From: Pseudomonas aeruginosa
GTDB taxonomy: Bacteria > Pseudomonadota > Gammaproteobacteria > Pseudomonadales > Pseudomonadaceae
Direction of reading: 5' to 3'
Assembly: GCF_001457615.1 (NCBI RefSeq)
Contig: NZ_LN831024.1
Coordinates: 5,970,001-6,002,000 of the forward strand
DNA length: 32,000 nucleotides
The translations under genes were made by a program, and so were the position numbers. This document shows, in pieces, positions 17,119 to 26,712 of the stretch; within the stretch, counting starts at the first letter, position 1; each line of letters begins with the position of its first letter. The notes beneath the pieces are model-generated. The model saw only the letters and a list, made by a program, of their open reading frames with translations, was not told where the DNA came from and ran no database searches.

Positions 17119-19971
17119 ATGAACCGACACCCCGCACTCAGCCTCGATCTCGACGATGGCATCGACCGCAAGGTCCTCGGCCAGTTGCGCCAACGCTTCC
17201 TGGCGGTCAATGCCGGTCGCCTGCAACGCGCCCGGCAGGCGTTGTCCAGCCGCCAGGAGCGGGTCCTGCGCCTGCTACCGCTGCTGTTCCACATCAACCA
17301 TCCGCTGCTGCCGGGCTACCTGTCGGCCAGCACGCCAGCGGGCCTGAGCGGTTTCGAGGCGGACGACGAAGTACTCGCCGAAGCCCAGCGCCTGGCCCGC
17401 TCGTTTGTCTACAAGCCACGCAGGCAGGAACCCGCACAGCAGCCAATCCACGGCCTGTTCCTGATGGGCAGCCTGGGGAGCCTGGCCCAGGAGGAACAGA
17501 GCGATCTCGACCTCTGGGTCTGCCATGCCCCAGAACTGGAGCCCGGCGCGCGCCAGGAGCTGCGCCGCAAGTGCGCGTTGATCGAGGACTGGGCGCGCAG
17601 CCAGGGCAGCGAGGTGCACTGTTTCCTGATCGACGTCGCCCGTTTCGGCCAGGACGAACGCAAAGACTGGAAAGAGTCCGGCGGCGACGGCAATACCCAG
17701 CACTTCCTGCTGCTCGACGAGTTCTACCGTAGCGCGATCTGGCTCGGCGGACGCACCCCTCTATGGTGGCTGGTGCCGCCGGCCCATGAACGGCGCTACG
17801 ACGAATACTGCCGGACCCTGCTCGGCAAACGCTTCATCCGCGCCGAAGAGGTGCTCGACCTCGGCCACCTGGCGCACATCCCCGCCCGGGAGTTCATCGG
17901 CGCCGGCCTCTGGCAGTTGTCCAAGGCCATCGATTCGCCCTACAAGTCGCTGCTCAAGCTGCTGCTCACCGAAGCCTACGCCAGCGAGCACCCGCGGGTC
18001 CGCTGCGTCGCCCTGCGCTTCAAGGAGCAGGTATTCGCCGGCCAGCTCGATCTCGACGAACTGGACCCCTACGTCCTGGTCTATCGCCATCTCGAACGCT
18101 ACCTGCGGGAACAGCAGGCGCCGGAACGCCTGGAACTCGTGCGGCGCTGCCTGTACCTCAAGGTCGGGCGCAAGCTCGGCGGTCGCCAGCGCCAGGCGCA
18201 GAAGGGCTGGCAGCACCTGTCGATGGAGCGGCTCGTCGCGGAATGGCAATGGGAGCCTCGCCGCTTGGCCCTGCTCGACAGCCGCAGCCAGTGGAAGATG
18301 CGCCAGGTGATGGAAGAGCGTCGCACGGTGGTCAACGAACTGACCTACAGCTACCGCCTGCTGTTCCAGATCGCCCGCCAGCAAGGCGCTGACAGCGGCA
18401 TCGACAGCCGCGACCTGGGCCTGCTCGGCCGCCGCCTGTATGCCGCCTTCGAGCGCAAGGCAGGCAAGGTGGAGAACATCAACCCGGGGATCGCCCCGGA
18501 TCTCGGCGAAGACGTCCTGACCCTGGTCCAGCTGCCCGCCGACGACGACCGCGAGCAGGCGCAGTGGGCGATCTTCCCCGGTGCCCTGGGCGCTCACCAG
18601 TGGCCTGACTACGCGCCGCTGAAACGCAGCCTCAGGCTGGTCGAGCTGCTCGCCTGGTGCCATCGCAACGGCGTCATCGACAGCGCCACCCGGCTGTCCC
18701 TGCATCCCGGCCAGAGCGACCTCGGCGATGCCGAACTGGACAATCTCCTGGGCAGCCTGCGGCAGTTCCTGCCGGTCCCCCTGGCGACCGTGGACGACGC
18801 CGACCTGCTGCAACCGCGTCGGCTCAAGAGCGTCCTGCTGCTGGTCAACGTCGGTGTCGACCCGCTGCGCCACCACAGCCAGATGAACCTGCACATGGCT
18901 ACCGGGCGTACCGACGTGCTTGGTTATGCCGGGGTGCGCGACAACCTGGTGCTGACCCTCGACCAGCTCAGCCTCAACAGCTGGAACGAACTGACGGTGC
19001 GCCATTACGCAGGCCCCCAGGCGCTGCCCGAGTGCCTTGCCGAGTTCCTCGACGCCGTCCGCGAAAAGCCCGGAAGCCCGCCGCAGCCGCCTGAACTGAT
19101 GGTGCGCTGCTTCTGTCGCAACCGGGCCGCCGCCATCGCCGTGCGGGTCGAAGAGCTGTTCCGCGAGACCTACGGGCAACTGCTTGGCGGCCAGCCAAGC
19201 CGCTACCTGCTGCAGATCCGCCAGCAGTACCACCTGCTGGAAATGTCGCCGGAAGCGGTCAGCCACGAGAGCCTGCCCGACCTGCCGAGCCTGCTCCAGC
19301 ACCTGGGCCGCGAGCGAGATGGCTACAGCGCCCTGAAGCTGGATCGTCACGCCCTGGAGGGCGAGGACCTCGGGCTGATCCTGTCCATGGGGCGGCCGGA
19401 CTGCATCCAGGTGTTCTACCGGCGCGACTTCGACAGCGCCGAGATCAGCCTGCTCGACGAACGCAACGCCCTCTGGCGCCAGCGCCAGGCATTGCGTGAC
19501 GAACGCAGCCTGCTCGCACCGCTGCAGCGCTTCCTGCAATCGCTGCTGTACCGGCGCAACGCCCTGTCGCTGGCGGAACAGGTGCCGGCCGCGCTGGATA
19601 TCCGCTACTACGAGTTGCTCTCCAACGACGGCAGAGTGCATGTCGAGCCTCGCGAGGCGCCGGAGGCCCTGGCCGGGCCCGCGCTGTACGAGCTACAGGC
19701 GCTACTCGAGCGCGGCGAACGCAAGCGCGTGCAGGTCACCCTGTACTGCGACCACCAGGAGTTTTCCGAACTGGAGTACGGCGCCGGCCTGTTCAAGGCG
19801 GTCGCCCGGCATATCCTGGCGCATCGCGCGGAAAGCGAACCCTACCCCTGCTACCTGACCGACCTCGACCTGTCGCGGCTGTTCGCCGACGAACAGCCGC
19901 AAACGCTGCACTATCTGCGTTATAAAAGCGTCCTGGAAACGGCGCTGAACCAGGCGCTGCTGGAACAATGA
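17119..19971 (+). CDS. cyaA: class I adenylate cyclase
   Basis: 950-codon ORF. The N-terminus ...RVLRLLPLLFHINHPLLPGY..., the DLDLWVC motif and the overall length are typical of enterobacterial-type CyaA. Confidence 0.92.
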   Translation: MNRHPALSLDLDDGIDRKVLGQLRQRFLAVNAGRLQRARQALSSRQERVLRLLPLLFHINHPLLPGYLSASTPAGLSGFEADDEVLAEAQRLARSFVYKPRRQEPAQQPIHGLFLMGSLGSLAQEEQSDLDLWVCHAPELEPGARQELRRKCALIEDWARSQGSEVHCFLIDVARFGQDERKDWKESGGDGNTQHFLLLDEFYRSAIWLGGRTPLWWLVPPAHERRYDEYCRTLLGKRFIRAEEVLDLGHLAHIPAREFIGAGLWQLSKAIDSPYKSLLKLLLTEAYASEHPRVRCVALRFKEQVFAGQLDLDELDPYVLVYRHLERYLREQQAPERLELVRRCLYLKVGRKLGGRQRQAQKGWQHLSMERLVAEWQWEPRRLALLDSRSQWKMRQVMEERRTVVNELTYSYRLLFQIARQQGADSGIDSRDLGLLGRRLYAAFERKAGKVENINPGIAPDLGEDVLTLVQLPADDDREQAQWAIFPGALGAHQWPDYAPLKRSLRLVELLAWCHRNGVIDSATRLSLHPGQSDLGDAELDNLLGSLRQFLPVPLATVDDADLLQPRRLKSVLLLVNVGVDPLRHHSQMNLHMATGRTDVLGYAGVRDNLVLTLDQLSLNSWNELTVRHYAGPQALPECLAEFLDAVREKPGSPPQPPELMVRCFCRNRAAAIAVRVEELFRETYGQLLGGQPSRYLLQIRQQYHLLEMSPEAVSHESLPDLPSLLQHLGRERDGYSALKLDRHALEGEDLGLILSMGRPDCIQVFYRRDFDSAEISLLDERNALWRQRQALRDERSLLAPLQRFLQSLLYRRNALSLAEQVPAALDIRYYELLSNDGRVHVEPREAPEALAGPALYELQALLERGERKRVQVTLYCDHQEFSELEYGAGLFKAVARHILAHRAESEPYPCYLTDLDLSRLFADEQPQTLHYLRYKSVLETALNQALLEQ

Positions 19972-20011
19972 CCCAGCGCCGCACCGCGCGGGGCTCGACA
20001 AGGACGTACGG

Positions 20012-20725
20012 ATGGCACTCCTCGGTATTACCCTGCTCGCTGGCGCCGCATTCGTGGGCGGCTATCTCTACCGCCGCGGCCTGGATCGCCGGCGCTACCG
20101 CTTCATCCAGCAATTCCGCCTGCCGCCGCGGGTCGCCCAGGCGGTCCGCGAGCGCTATCCGCAGCTCAGCGAGGAACAGGTCCAACGGGTGCTCGGCGGC
20201 CTACGCGAATACCTGCTGCTATGCCGCGCCGCCGGCAAGCGGATGGTCGCGATGCCGTCCCAGGTGGTGGATGTCGCCTGGCACGAACTGATCCTGCATA
20301 CCCGGCTCTACCAGCACGTCTGCCGCAAGGGACTCGGGCGCTTCCTCCACCATACGCCGGCCCAGGCGATGCGCAGCCCCCGACAGGCCCAGGAGGGCAT
20401 CCAGCGCGCCTGGAAGCTGGCCTGCCGCCGCGAGGGCATCGACCCACTGAATCCCACGCGCCTACCGCTGCTGTTCGCCCTCGACACGGAACTGGCGATC
20501 GCCGACGGCTTCCGCTACGCCCTGAACTGCGCGCAGCGGCAAGACGGCGGCGCAGCGGTGTATTGCGCCAGCCATATCGGTTGCAGCAGCGGCTGCGCCA
20601 GCGATAGCGGCAGTACCTTCGGTTCGGACGGACAGGATTCGCGCCACGGCTGCGGCGGCGATAGCGGCGGAGACGGCGGCAGCGGTTGCGGGGGTGGAGG
20701 ATGCGGGGGCGGTGGGGGCGACTGA
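20012..20725 (+). CDS. membrane-anchored protein with a GRDP-like domain and a Gly/Cys-rich C-terminal tail
   Basis: 237 aa with AAGGA 7 nt upstream of the ATG. N-terminal TM helix (ALLGITLLAGAAFVGGYLY). A central ..VVDVAWHELILHTRLYQHVC..GRFLHHTP.. segment. The tail reads GCSSGCASDSGS...HGCGGDSGGDGGSGCGGGGCGGGGGD. Confidence 0.7.
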   Translation: MALLGITLLAGAAFVGGYLYRRGLDRRRYRFIQQFRLPPRVAQAVRERYPQLSEEQVQRVLGGLREYLLLCRAAGKRMVAMPSQVVDVAWHELILHTRLYQHVCRKGLGRFLHHTPAQAMRSPRQAQEGIQRAWKLACRREGIDPLNPTRLPLLFALDTELAIADGFRYALNCAQRQDGGAAVYCASHIGCSSGCASDSGSTFGSDGQDSRHGCGGDSGGDGGSGCGGGGCGGGGGD

Positions 20726-20734
20726 GGGTCGCGA

Positions 20735-20758
20735 AGCCCGTCGCCGAATGGCGACGGG
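20735..20758. terminator. GC-rich hairpin between convergent genes (PA5273-like and rnk)
   Basis: GCCCGTCGCC (20735-20744), loop GAAT, GGCGACGGGC (20749-20758). This is a perfect 10-bp stem, but the flanking U-tracts are weak on both strands. Confidence 0.5.
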
Positions 20759-20768
20759 CGAAAACCGA

Positions 20769-21173
20769 TCAGCGCGCGTAGTCGCCGGCGGCTTCCGGCT
20801 GGTATTCGATTTCCAGCAGGGTCAGCTTCAGCGTCTTCCCGCTCGGCGCCGGCCAGTCGATGGTCTGGCCGATGGTCAGGCCCAGCAGCGCGGTGCCCAC
20901 CGGCGCGAGGATCGAGACCTTGCCTTCGCCGGCGACGTCTTCGGGATAGACCAGGGTCAGGGTGTACTCCTTGCCGCTGCTTTCCTCGCGGCAGCGCACG
21001 GTGGAGTTCATGGTCACGACGCCCGGCGGAATCTCGTCATGCCCCACCACCTGGGCGCGCGACAGTTCGGCCTCCAGCGCCTCGGCGGCGGGTCCGAATT
21101 CGTCCAGGCCATCCAGCAGGCGCTCCAGGCGCTGCAGGTCCAGACGAGTGATGGTGATCGGCGGCGTGCTCAT
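20769..21173 (-). CDS. rnk: regulator of nucleoside diphosphate kinase (GreA/GreB-family)
   Basis: The track ORF was trimmed to ATG 21173 (MSTPPITITRLDLQRLERLLDGL...), giving 134 aa. The C-terminal domain is GreA/B-like. Confidence 0.88.
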   Translation of the reverse strand: MSTPPITITRLDLQRLERLLDGLDEFGPAAEALEAELSRAQVVGHDEIPPGVVTMNSTVRCREESSGKEYTLTLVYPEDVAGEGKVSILAPVGTALLGLTIGQTIDWPAPSGKTLKLTLLEIEYQPEAAGDYAR

Positions 21174-21239
21174 GATCGCAGGCGTGCTCCTTGGTCCGGT
21201 TCGGTTGATCGATGAAAAGCAGGAATCGCAAAAAAGCAA

Positions 21240-21274
21240 AAACCCCGCCCGAAGGCGGGGTTTTCCCGGACACT
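21240..21274 (-). terminator. rho-independent terminator after the cyaY / small Cys-rich gene unit
   Basis: CCCCGCC (21253-21259), loop CGAA, GGCGGGG (21264-21270). On the minus strand the stem is followed by TTTTTGCTTTTTTG, and on the plus strand by TTTT. Confidence 0.75.
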
Positions 21275-21308
21275 AACACAGTCGCAGGAATTAGCAACAT
21301 CCCCCCTA

Positions 21309-21518
21309 TCAGGAGAGACGGCCCGCCAGCGACTGGCGTCGAGCGGCCTGTGACCTGATCTGCAAGCGGCGGGAATCGTCGGCCTTGCCCCACTCGCGGA
21401 TTTCCGCCAGGGAACGTCCGCAGCCGACGCAAACGTCCGCATCGTCGAGGCAGCACAGGCGCCGGCAAGGCGAGGCCACCGCCGGCGGCGAAGCCTCAGA
21501 GGCCGGGGAACTCGACAT
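21309..21518 (-). CDS. small Cys-rich protein, DUF1289-like (putative Fe-S/metal-binding)
   Basis: 69 codons from ATG 21518: MSSSPASEASPPAVASPCRRLCCLDDADVCVGCGRSLAEIREWGKADDSRR... The SPC..C.LD...C.GC.R...EI..W pattern matches my memory of DUF1289. The start lies inside the last 23 nt of cyaY. Confidence 0.6.
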   Translation of the reverse strand: MSSSPASEASPPAVASPCRRLCCLDDADVCVGCGRSLAEIREWGKADDSRRLQIRSQAARRQSLAGRLS

Positions 21519-21831
21519 CCTCGCCCCCCTGCTCCAGGGTCGCCCGGTTGAGCAGCGCGCCCAGCGGTTCCTGGCTGCCATCGTGGCGCCAGAGGCCGCT
21601 GGCCTCGTCGTAATCGAAGTGGAAGCCGCCCGACTTCGCCGCCACCCACAGCTGGCGCAACGGCGCCTGGCGGCTGAGGATCAGCTGCGAGCCGTTCTCG
21701 AAGCGTACGGTGAGCACGCCGCCGGCGTTCTCCAGGTCGAGGTCCAGGTCGCTGTCATCGAAGGCGTCTTCCACCTGCTGCTGGAGCGCATCGACCAGGT
21801 CGTGGAAACGCGCTTCATTCATCGTACTCAT
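21496..21831 (-). CDS. cyaY: frataxin homologue CyaY (iron-sulfur cluster assembly)
   Basis: ..MNEARFHDLVDALQQQVEDAFDDSDLDLDLENAGGVLTVRFENGSQLILSRQAPLRQLWVA.. aligns with E. coli CyaY. ATG 21831 has GAGG 7 nt upstream. ATG 21822 is an alternative start. Confidence 0.88.
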   Translation of the reverse strand: MSTMNEARFHDLVDALQQQVEDAFDDSDLDLDLENAGGVLTVRFENGSQLILSRQAPLRQLWVAAKSGGFHFDYDEASGLWRHDGSQEPLGALLNRATLEQGGEDVEFPGL

Positions 21832-22020
21832 GCATTGCCTCGGCATTCGCTAACGGGAAAAAAGGCGGACGACTACCTTCGTCTTGCCCTATTCCGACAA
21901 TTCTACGCTGGTATTGCCGTAGTCCGCGCTGTTTTGCCGCGACGCTCGCGGAAAACGCCGGCATCCCCTCTGCCACAGGCCATTCCCCTGCAAGCCCCGG
22001 CACACCTGATCCGGCTCGCA

Positions 22021-22049
22021 TAGGCAAGGCGCCGGGGGGTCGGTATACT
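22021..22049 (+). promoter_or_regulatory. possible sigma70 promoter for lppL-lysA
   Basis: TAGGCA (22021-22026), 17-nt spacer, TATACT (22044-22049), about 35 nt upstream of the lppL ATG. This is a sequence match only. Confidence 0.3.
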
Positions 22050-22084
22050 CCGGAACAATTCACGTTTTCTACAAGGATTCCGTC

Positions 22085-22225
22085 ATGAAGCGGCTGTTCC
22101 TGTCCTTCGTCGCGCTCGCCCTCCTCGCCGGCTCCATCGCCGCCTGCGGCCAGAAAGGCCCGCTGTACCTGCCGGACGACGAAAAAGCCAAGAAAGAACA
22201 CAGCAAAGACCGCTACGGTTTCTGA
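22085..22225 (+). CDS. lppL: small lipoprotein LppL (YifL/LptM-like)
   Basis: Found by hand and absent from the ORF track. The translation is [46 protein letters not shown], 46 aa, with a lipobox IAAC. It lies immediately upstream of lysA, as yifL does in enterobacteria. Confidence 0.8.
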
Positions 22226-22235
22226 GAGAGCGCCC

Positions 22236-23483
22236 ATGGACACATTCAGTTACCGCGACGGTGAGCTGTTCGCGGAAGGGGTGGCGCTTTCCCGCATCGC
22301 CGAGCGTTTCGGCACGCCCACCTACGTCTATTCCCGCGCACACATCGAGGCCCAGTACCGCGCCTATGCCGATGCCCTCGCCGGCATGCCGCATCTGGTC
22401 TGCTTCGCGGTCAAGGCCAACTCCAACCTCGGGGTGCTGAATGTGCTGGCGCGCCTCGGCGCCGGTTTCGACATCGTTTCCCGCGGTGAGCTGGAGCGTG
22501 TCCTGGCCGCCGGCGGCGATCCGGCCAAGGTGGTGTTCTCCGGCGTCGGCAAGACCCGCGACGACATGCGCCGCGCCCTGGAAGTCGGCGTGCACTGCTT
22601 CAACGTCGAGTCCGGCGAAGAGCTGGAGCGCCTGCAACGGGTAGCTGCGGAACTCGGCGTGAAAGCGCCGGTATCGCTGCGGGTCAACCCGGACGTGGAC
22701 GCCCAGACCCACCCCTATATCTCCACCGGCCTGAAAGAGAACAAGTTCGGCATCGCCATCGACGAGGCCGAGGCGGTCTACGCCCGCGCCGCCGAGCTTG
22801 ACCACCTGGAGGTGATCGGCGTCGACTGCCACATCGGCTCGCAGTTGACCCAGCTGGAGCCCTTCCTCGACGCCCTCGAGCGCCTGCTCGGGCTGGTCGA
22901 CCGCCTGGCCGGCAAAGGCATCGGCATTCGCCACCTGGACCTCGGTGGTGGCCTCGGGGTGCGCTACCGCGACGAACAGCCGCCGCTGGCCGGCGACTAC
23001 ATCCGCGCCATCCGCGAGCGCCTGCACGGCCGCGACCTGACCCTGGTGTTCGAGCCGGGCCGGTCCATCGTCGCCAACGCCGGCGTGCTGCTGACCCGTG
23101 TCGAGTACCTCAAGCACACCGAGCACAAGGATTTCGCCATCGTCGACGCGGCGATGAACGACCTGATCCGCCCGGCTCTCTACCAGGCCTGGATGGACGT
23201 GCAGGCGGTACGCCCGCGCGACGCCGCGCCGCGCCGCTACGACCTGGTCGGGCCGATCTGCGAGACCGGTGACTTCCTCGCCAAGGATCGCGACCTGGCG
23301 CTCGCCGAAGGCGACCTCCTGGCGGTGCGCTCGGCCGGCGCCTACGGCTTCGTCATGAGCTCGAACTACAACACCCGCGGCCGCGCCGCCGAGGTGCTGG
23401 TGGATGGCGAGCAGACCCACGAGGTCCGTCGCCGCGAGACCGTCCAAGAGCTCTATGCCGGCGAAAGCCTGCTGCCGCAGTGA
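22236..23483 (+). CDS. lysA: diaminopimelate decarboxylase
   Basis: 415 aa. Contains the PLP-site motif (..CFAVKANSN..) and the overall sequence is typical of LysA. Confidence 0.96.
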   Translation: MDTFSYRDGELFAEGVALSRIAERFGTPTYVYSRAHIEAQYRAYADALAGMPHLVCFAVKANSNLGVLNVLARLGAGFDIVSRGELERVLAAGGDPAKVVFSGVGKTRDDMRRALEVGVHCFNVESGEELERLQRVAAELGVKAPVSLRVNPDVDAQTHPYISTGLKENKFGIAIDEAEAVYARAAELDHLEVIGVDCHIGSQLTQLEPFLDALERLLGLVDRLAGKGIGIRHLDLGGGLGVRYRDEQPPLAGDYIRAIRERLHGRDLTLVFEPGRSIVANAGVLLTRVEYLKHTEHKDFAIVDAAMNDLIRPALYQAWMDVQAVRPRDAAPRRYDLVGPICETGDFLAKDRDLALAEGDLLAVRSAGAYGFVMSSNYNTRGRAAEVLVDGEQTHEVRRRETVQELYAGESLLPQ

Positions 23484-23493
23484 GGCCCAGACC

Positions 23494-24324
23494 ATGCTTT
23501 TGCGCTTCACCAAGATGCATGGCCTGGGCAACGACTTCATGGTCCTCGACCTGGTCAGCCAGCACGCCCATGTGCAGCCCAAGCACGTCAAGCTCTGGGG
23601 CGACCGCAACACCGGAATCGGCTTCGACCAGTTGCTGATCGTCGAAGCCCCGAGCAGCCCCGACGTCGACTTCCGCTACCGGATCTTCAACGCCGACGGC
23701 TCCGAGGTCGAGCAGTGCGGCAACGGCGCTCGCTGCTTCGCCCGCTTCGTTCAGGACAAGCGCCTGACGGTGAAGAAGAGCATCCGCGTAGAAACCAAGG
23801 GCGGCATCATCGAGCTGAATATCCGCCCGGACGGCCAGGTCACGGTGGACATGGGGCCGCCGCGCCTGGCCCCGGCCGAGATACCGTTCCAGGCCGAGCG
23901 CGAAGCCTTGTCCTATGAGATAGAGGTGAATGGCCAGCGCGTCGAACTGGCCGCGGTATCCATGGGCAATCCCCATGGCGTGCTGCGCGTCGAGAACGTC
24001 GACAGCGCACCGGTACACAGCCTCGGTCCGCAACTGGAAGTCCATCCGCGCTTCCCGAAGAAGGCCAACATCGGCTTCCTCCAGGTGCTCGATCCGCACC
24101 ATGCGCGCCTGCGCGTCTGGGAGCGCGGCGTCGGCGAGACCCAAGCCTGCGGCACCGGCGCCTGCGCCGCGGCGGTTGCCGGGATTCGCCAGGGCTGGCT
24201 GCAATCGCCGGTGCAGATCGACCTCCCCGGCGGCCGCCTGCACATCGAGTGGGCAGGTCCCGGCCAGCCCGTTATGATGACCGGGCCTGCCGTCCGCGTG
24301 TATGAAGGCCAGGTCCGCCTGTAA
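23494..24324 (+). CDS. dapF: diaminopimelate epimerase
   Basis: The track ORF was trimmed to ATG 23494 ([19 protein letters not shown]...), giving 276 aa. Both catalytic Cys motifs are present ([18 protein letters not shown]). Confidence 0.96.
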   Translation: MLLRFTKMHGLGNDFMVLDLVSQHAHVQPKHVKLWGDRNTGIGFDQLLIVEAPSSPDVDFRYRIFNADGSEVEQCGNGARCFARFVQDKRLTVKKSIRVETKGGIIELNIRPDGQVTVDMGPPRLAPAEIPFQAEREALSYEIEVNGQRVELAAVSMGNPHGVLRVENVDSAPVHSLGPQLEVHPRFPKKANIGFLQVLDPHHARLRVWERGVGETQACGTGACAAAVAGIRQGWLQSPVQIDLPGGRLHIEWAGPGQPVMMTGPAVRVYEGQVRL

Positions 24325-24354
24325 GGGCCGTCGCCCGCGAGAACCGAGACGCTT

Positions 24355-25056
24355 ATGACCGAGAAAAGCCAGGAACCGACAGCAGCGCTGGACGCCGAGC
24401 AGGTGGCCGCCTATCTGAGCCAGCACCCGGAGTTCTTCGTCGAGCATGACGAGCTGATCCCCGAGTTGCGCATCCCACACCAGCCCGGCGACGCAGTGTC
24501 GCTGGTGGAGCGCCAGGTACGCCTGCTGCGCGAGCGCAACATCGAGATGCGCCACCGGCTCTCGCAACTGATGGACGTGGCCCGCGAGAACGACCGCCTG
24601 TTCGACAAGACCCGCCGCCTGGTCCTCGACCTGCTCGACGCCACCAGCCTGGAAGACGTGGTCAGTACCGTCGAGGACAGCCTGCGCCACGAGTTCCAGG
24701 TGCCCTACGTGAGCCTGATCCTGTTCAGCGACAGTAGCGTCTCGGTGGGCCGCTCGGTGAGCAGCGCGGAGGCGCACCAGGCCATCGGCGGCCTGCTCTC
24801 CGGCGGCAAGACCGTCTGCGGCGTGCTGCGTCCGCACGAACTGGCGTTCCTCTTCGGCGAGAGCGACCGCGACGAGATCGGCTCCGCAGCGGTGGTCTCC
24901 CTGAGTTTCCAGGGCCTGCACGGCGTGCTCGCCATCGGCAGTCCCGATCCGCAGCATTACAAGAGTTCCCTCGGCACCCTGTTCCTCGGCTACGTCGCCG
25001 AGGTCCTGGCCCGCGTGCTGCCGCGTTTCTCCTCGCCGCTGCGCTCGGTCCGCTGA
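24355..25056 (+). CDS. DUF484 (YigA-like) protein
   Basis: 233 aa, beginning ..[40 protein letters not shown].. It sits between dapF and xerC, as yigA does in E. coli. Confidence 0.8.
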   Translation: MTEKSQEPTAALDAEQVAAYLSQHPEFFVEHDELIPELRIPHQPGDAVSLVERQVRLLRERNIEMRHRLSQLMDVARENDRLFDKTRRLVLDLLDATSLEDVVSTVEDSLRHEFQVPYVSLILFSDSSVSVGRSVSSAEAHQAIGGLLSGGKTVCGVLRPHELAFLFGESDRDEIGSAAVVSLSFQGLHGVLAIGSPDPQHYKSSLGTLFLGYVAEVLARVLPRFSSPLRSVR

Positions 25057-25075
25057 GCGCGGCGGGCGGTCCGAG

Positions 25076-25987
25076 ATGCGCGCCGACCTGGATGCCTTCC
25101 TTGAACATCTGCGCAGCGAGCGCCAGGTCTCCGCGCACACCCTCGACGGCTACCGCCGCGACCTGCTGAAGATCCTCGCCCTCGCCGAAAAGGCCGGGCT
25201 CTCCGACTGGAACGCCCTCGACACCCGCAGCCTGCGCACCTTCGTCGCCCGCCTGCACCAGCAGGGCCAGTCCAGCCGCAGCCTGGCACGGCTGCTCTCG
25301 GCGACGCGCGGCCTCTACCAGTACCTGCTACGCGAAGGGCGCTGCCGGCACGACCCTGCCAACGGCCTGAGCGCGCCGAAGAGTCCGCGCAAGCTGCCCA
25401 GGACCCTCGACGCCGACCGCGCCCTGCAATTGCTCGACGGTGCCGTGGAGGATGACTTCATCGCCCGCCGCGACCAGGCCCTGCTGGAGCTGTTCTATTC
25501 CTCCGGGCTGCGCCTCTCGGAACTGGTCGGCCTCGATCTCGGATGGCTGGACCTCAAGGAAGGCCTGGTGCGAGTGCGCGGCAAGGGCAACAAGGTCCGC
25601 GAGCTGCCGGTCGGCAAGGCCGCGCGCCAGGCGCTCGAAGCCTGGCTGCCGCTGCGCACCCAGGCCGCTCCGGAAGACGGTGCGGTGTTCATCGGCCGCA
25701 GCGGCAAGCGCCTGACGCCACGGGCGATCCAGCTGCGGGTGCGCCAGGCCGGCGTCCGCGAGCTGGGCCAGCACCTGCACCCGCACATGCTGCGGCACTC
25801 CTTCGCCAGCCATCTGCTGGAGTCGTCCGGCGACCTGCGCGCCGTGCAGGAACTGCTCGGCCACGCCGACATCGCCACGACCCAGATCTATACCCACCTG
25901 GACTTCCAGCACCTGGCCTCGGTCTACGACCGCGCCCATCCCCGCGCCAAGCGCAAGGGCAACGCCGATGGAGGCAACGACCCATGA
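25076..25987 (+). CDS. xerC: tyrosine recombinase XerC
   Basis: 303 aa. Contains the catalytic-region motifs ..[38 protein letters not shown].. The dapF-yigA-xerC-yigB gene order supports the call. Confidence 0.95.
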   Translation: MRADLDAFLEHLRSERQVSAHTLDGYRRDLLKILALAEKAGLSDWNALDTRSLRTFVARLHQQGQSSRSLARLLSATRGLYQYLLREGRCRHDPANGLSAPKSPRKLPRTLDADRALQLLDGAVEDDFIARRDQALLELFYSSGLRLSELVGLDLGWLDLKEGLVRVRGKGNKVRELPVGKAARQALEAWLPLRTQAAPEDGAVFIGRSGKRLTPRAIQLRVRQAGVRELGQHLHPHMLRHSFASHLLESSGDLRAVQELLGHADIATTQIYTHLDFQHLASVYDRAHPRAKRKGNADGGNDP

Positions 25988-26682
25988 GCAGCCTGCGACT
26001 GATCACCTTCGACCTCGACGACACCCTGTGGGACGTCGCCCCGGTGATGAACAACGCCGAGGCCCTGCTCCGCGAATGGCTGGCGAGCAACGCGGCGCGC
26101 CTGGGTCCGGTACCCATCGAGCACCTGTGGGCGATCCGCACCCGCCTGCTGGATCGCGAGCCGATGCTGCGCCACCGTCTCAGCGAGCTGCGCCGGCGCA
26201 TCCTGTTCCATGCCCTGCTCGACGCCGGTTATCCACAGGCGGAGGCGGAAAGCCTGGCCGAGGCCGGTTTCCAGGTATTCCTCGAAGCGCGCCACCGGGT
26301 CACTCTGTTTCCCGAGGTCCACCCGACCCTGGAGATCCTCGCCGACCGCTTCACCCTCGGCGTGCTCACCAACGGCAACGCCGACGTGCGCCGCCTGGGC
26401 CTGGCCGACTACTTCCGGTTCGCCCTCTGCGCCGAGGAACTGGGCGTCGGCAAGCCCGACCCGACGCCATTCCGCGAAGCCCTGAAGCGCGCCGGCGTCG
26501 AGGCCTCGGCAGCGGTACACATCGGCGACCACCCCAGCGACGACATCGCCGGAGCGCGCCGCGCCGGCATGCGTGCCATCTGGTTCAACCCAAACGGCAA
26601 GCCCTGGGCCGGGGAGGAAGAGCCGAGCGCGGAGATCCGCAGCCTCGCCGAGCTGCCGGCCCTGCTCGCCCGCCTGCAATGA
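25984..26682 (+). CDS. HAD-superfamily hydrolase (YigB-like)
   Basis: The internal ATG at 25984 overlaps the xerC stop (ATGA). [17 protein letters not shown] carries the DxDxT motif I, and ..GVGKPD.. and ..[10 protein letters not shown].. carry the later HAD motifs. 232 aa. Confidence 0.85.
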   Translation: MSSLRLITFDLDDTLWDVAPVMNNAEALLREWLASNAARLGPVPIEHLWAIRTRLLDREPMLRHRLSELRRRILFHALLDAGYPQAEAESLAEAGFQVFLEARHRVTLFPEVHPTLEILADRFTLGVLTNGNADVRRLGLADYFRFALCAEELGVGKPDPTPFREALKRAGVEASAAVHIGDHPSDDIAGARRAGMRAIWFNPNGKPWAGEEEPSAEIRSLAELPALLARLQ

Positions 26683-26712
26683 CGGACCGGGCCCCCGGTC
26701 GCGGGTAGCGCC

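Noticed and set aside
611-25140. Many long ORFs in the track lie antisense to, or out of frame with, the called genes. Examples are 611..1495+, 2250..3746+, 4798..6372+, 5720..6667-, 9435..10553+, 10949..12190+, 12233..13693+, 14320..15522+, 15429..16709-, 17761..19641-, 22083..23612- and 23353..25140-.
   Set aside because: In 65% GC DNA, stop codons are rare in non-coding frames. These translations are Arg/Ala/Gly/Pro-rich low-complexity strings with no recognisable motifs. Each overlaps a gene with a clear family signature on the other strand or frame.
26684-26699. GACCGGG/CCCGGTC palindrome after the HAD hydrolase gene, considered as a terminator.
   Set aside because: The loop would be only 2 nt, leaving an effective stem of about 5 bp, and there is no U-tract.
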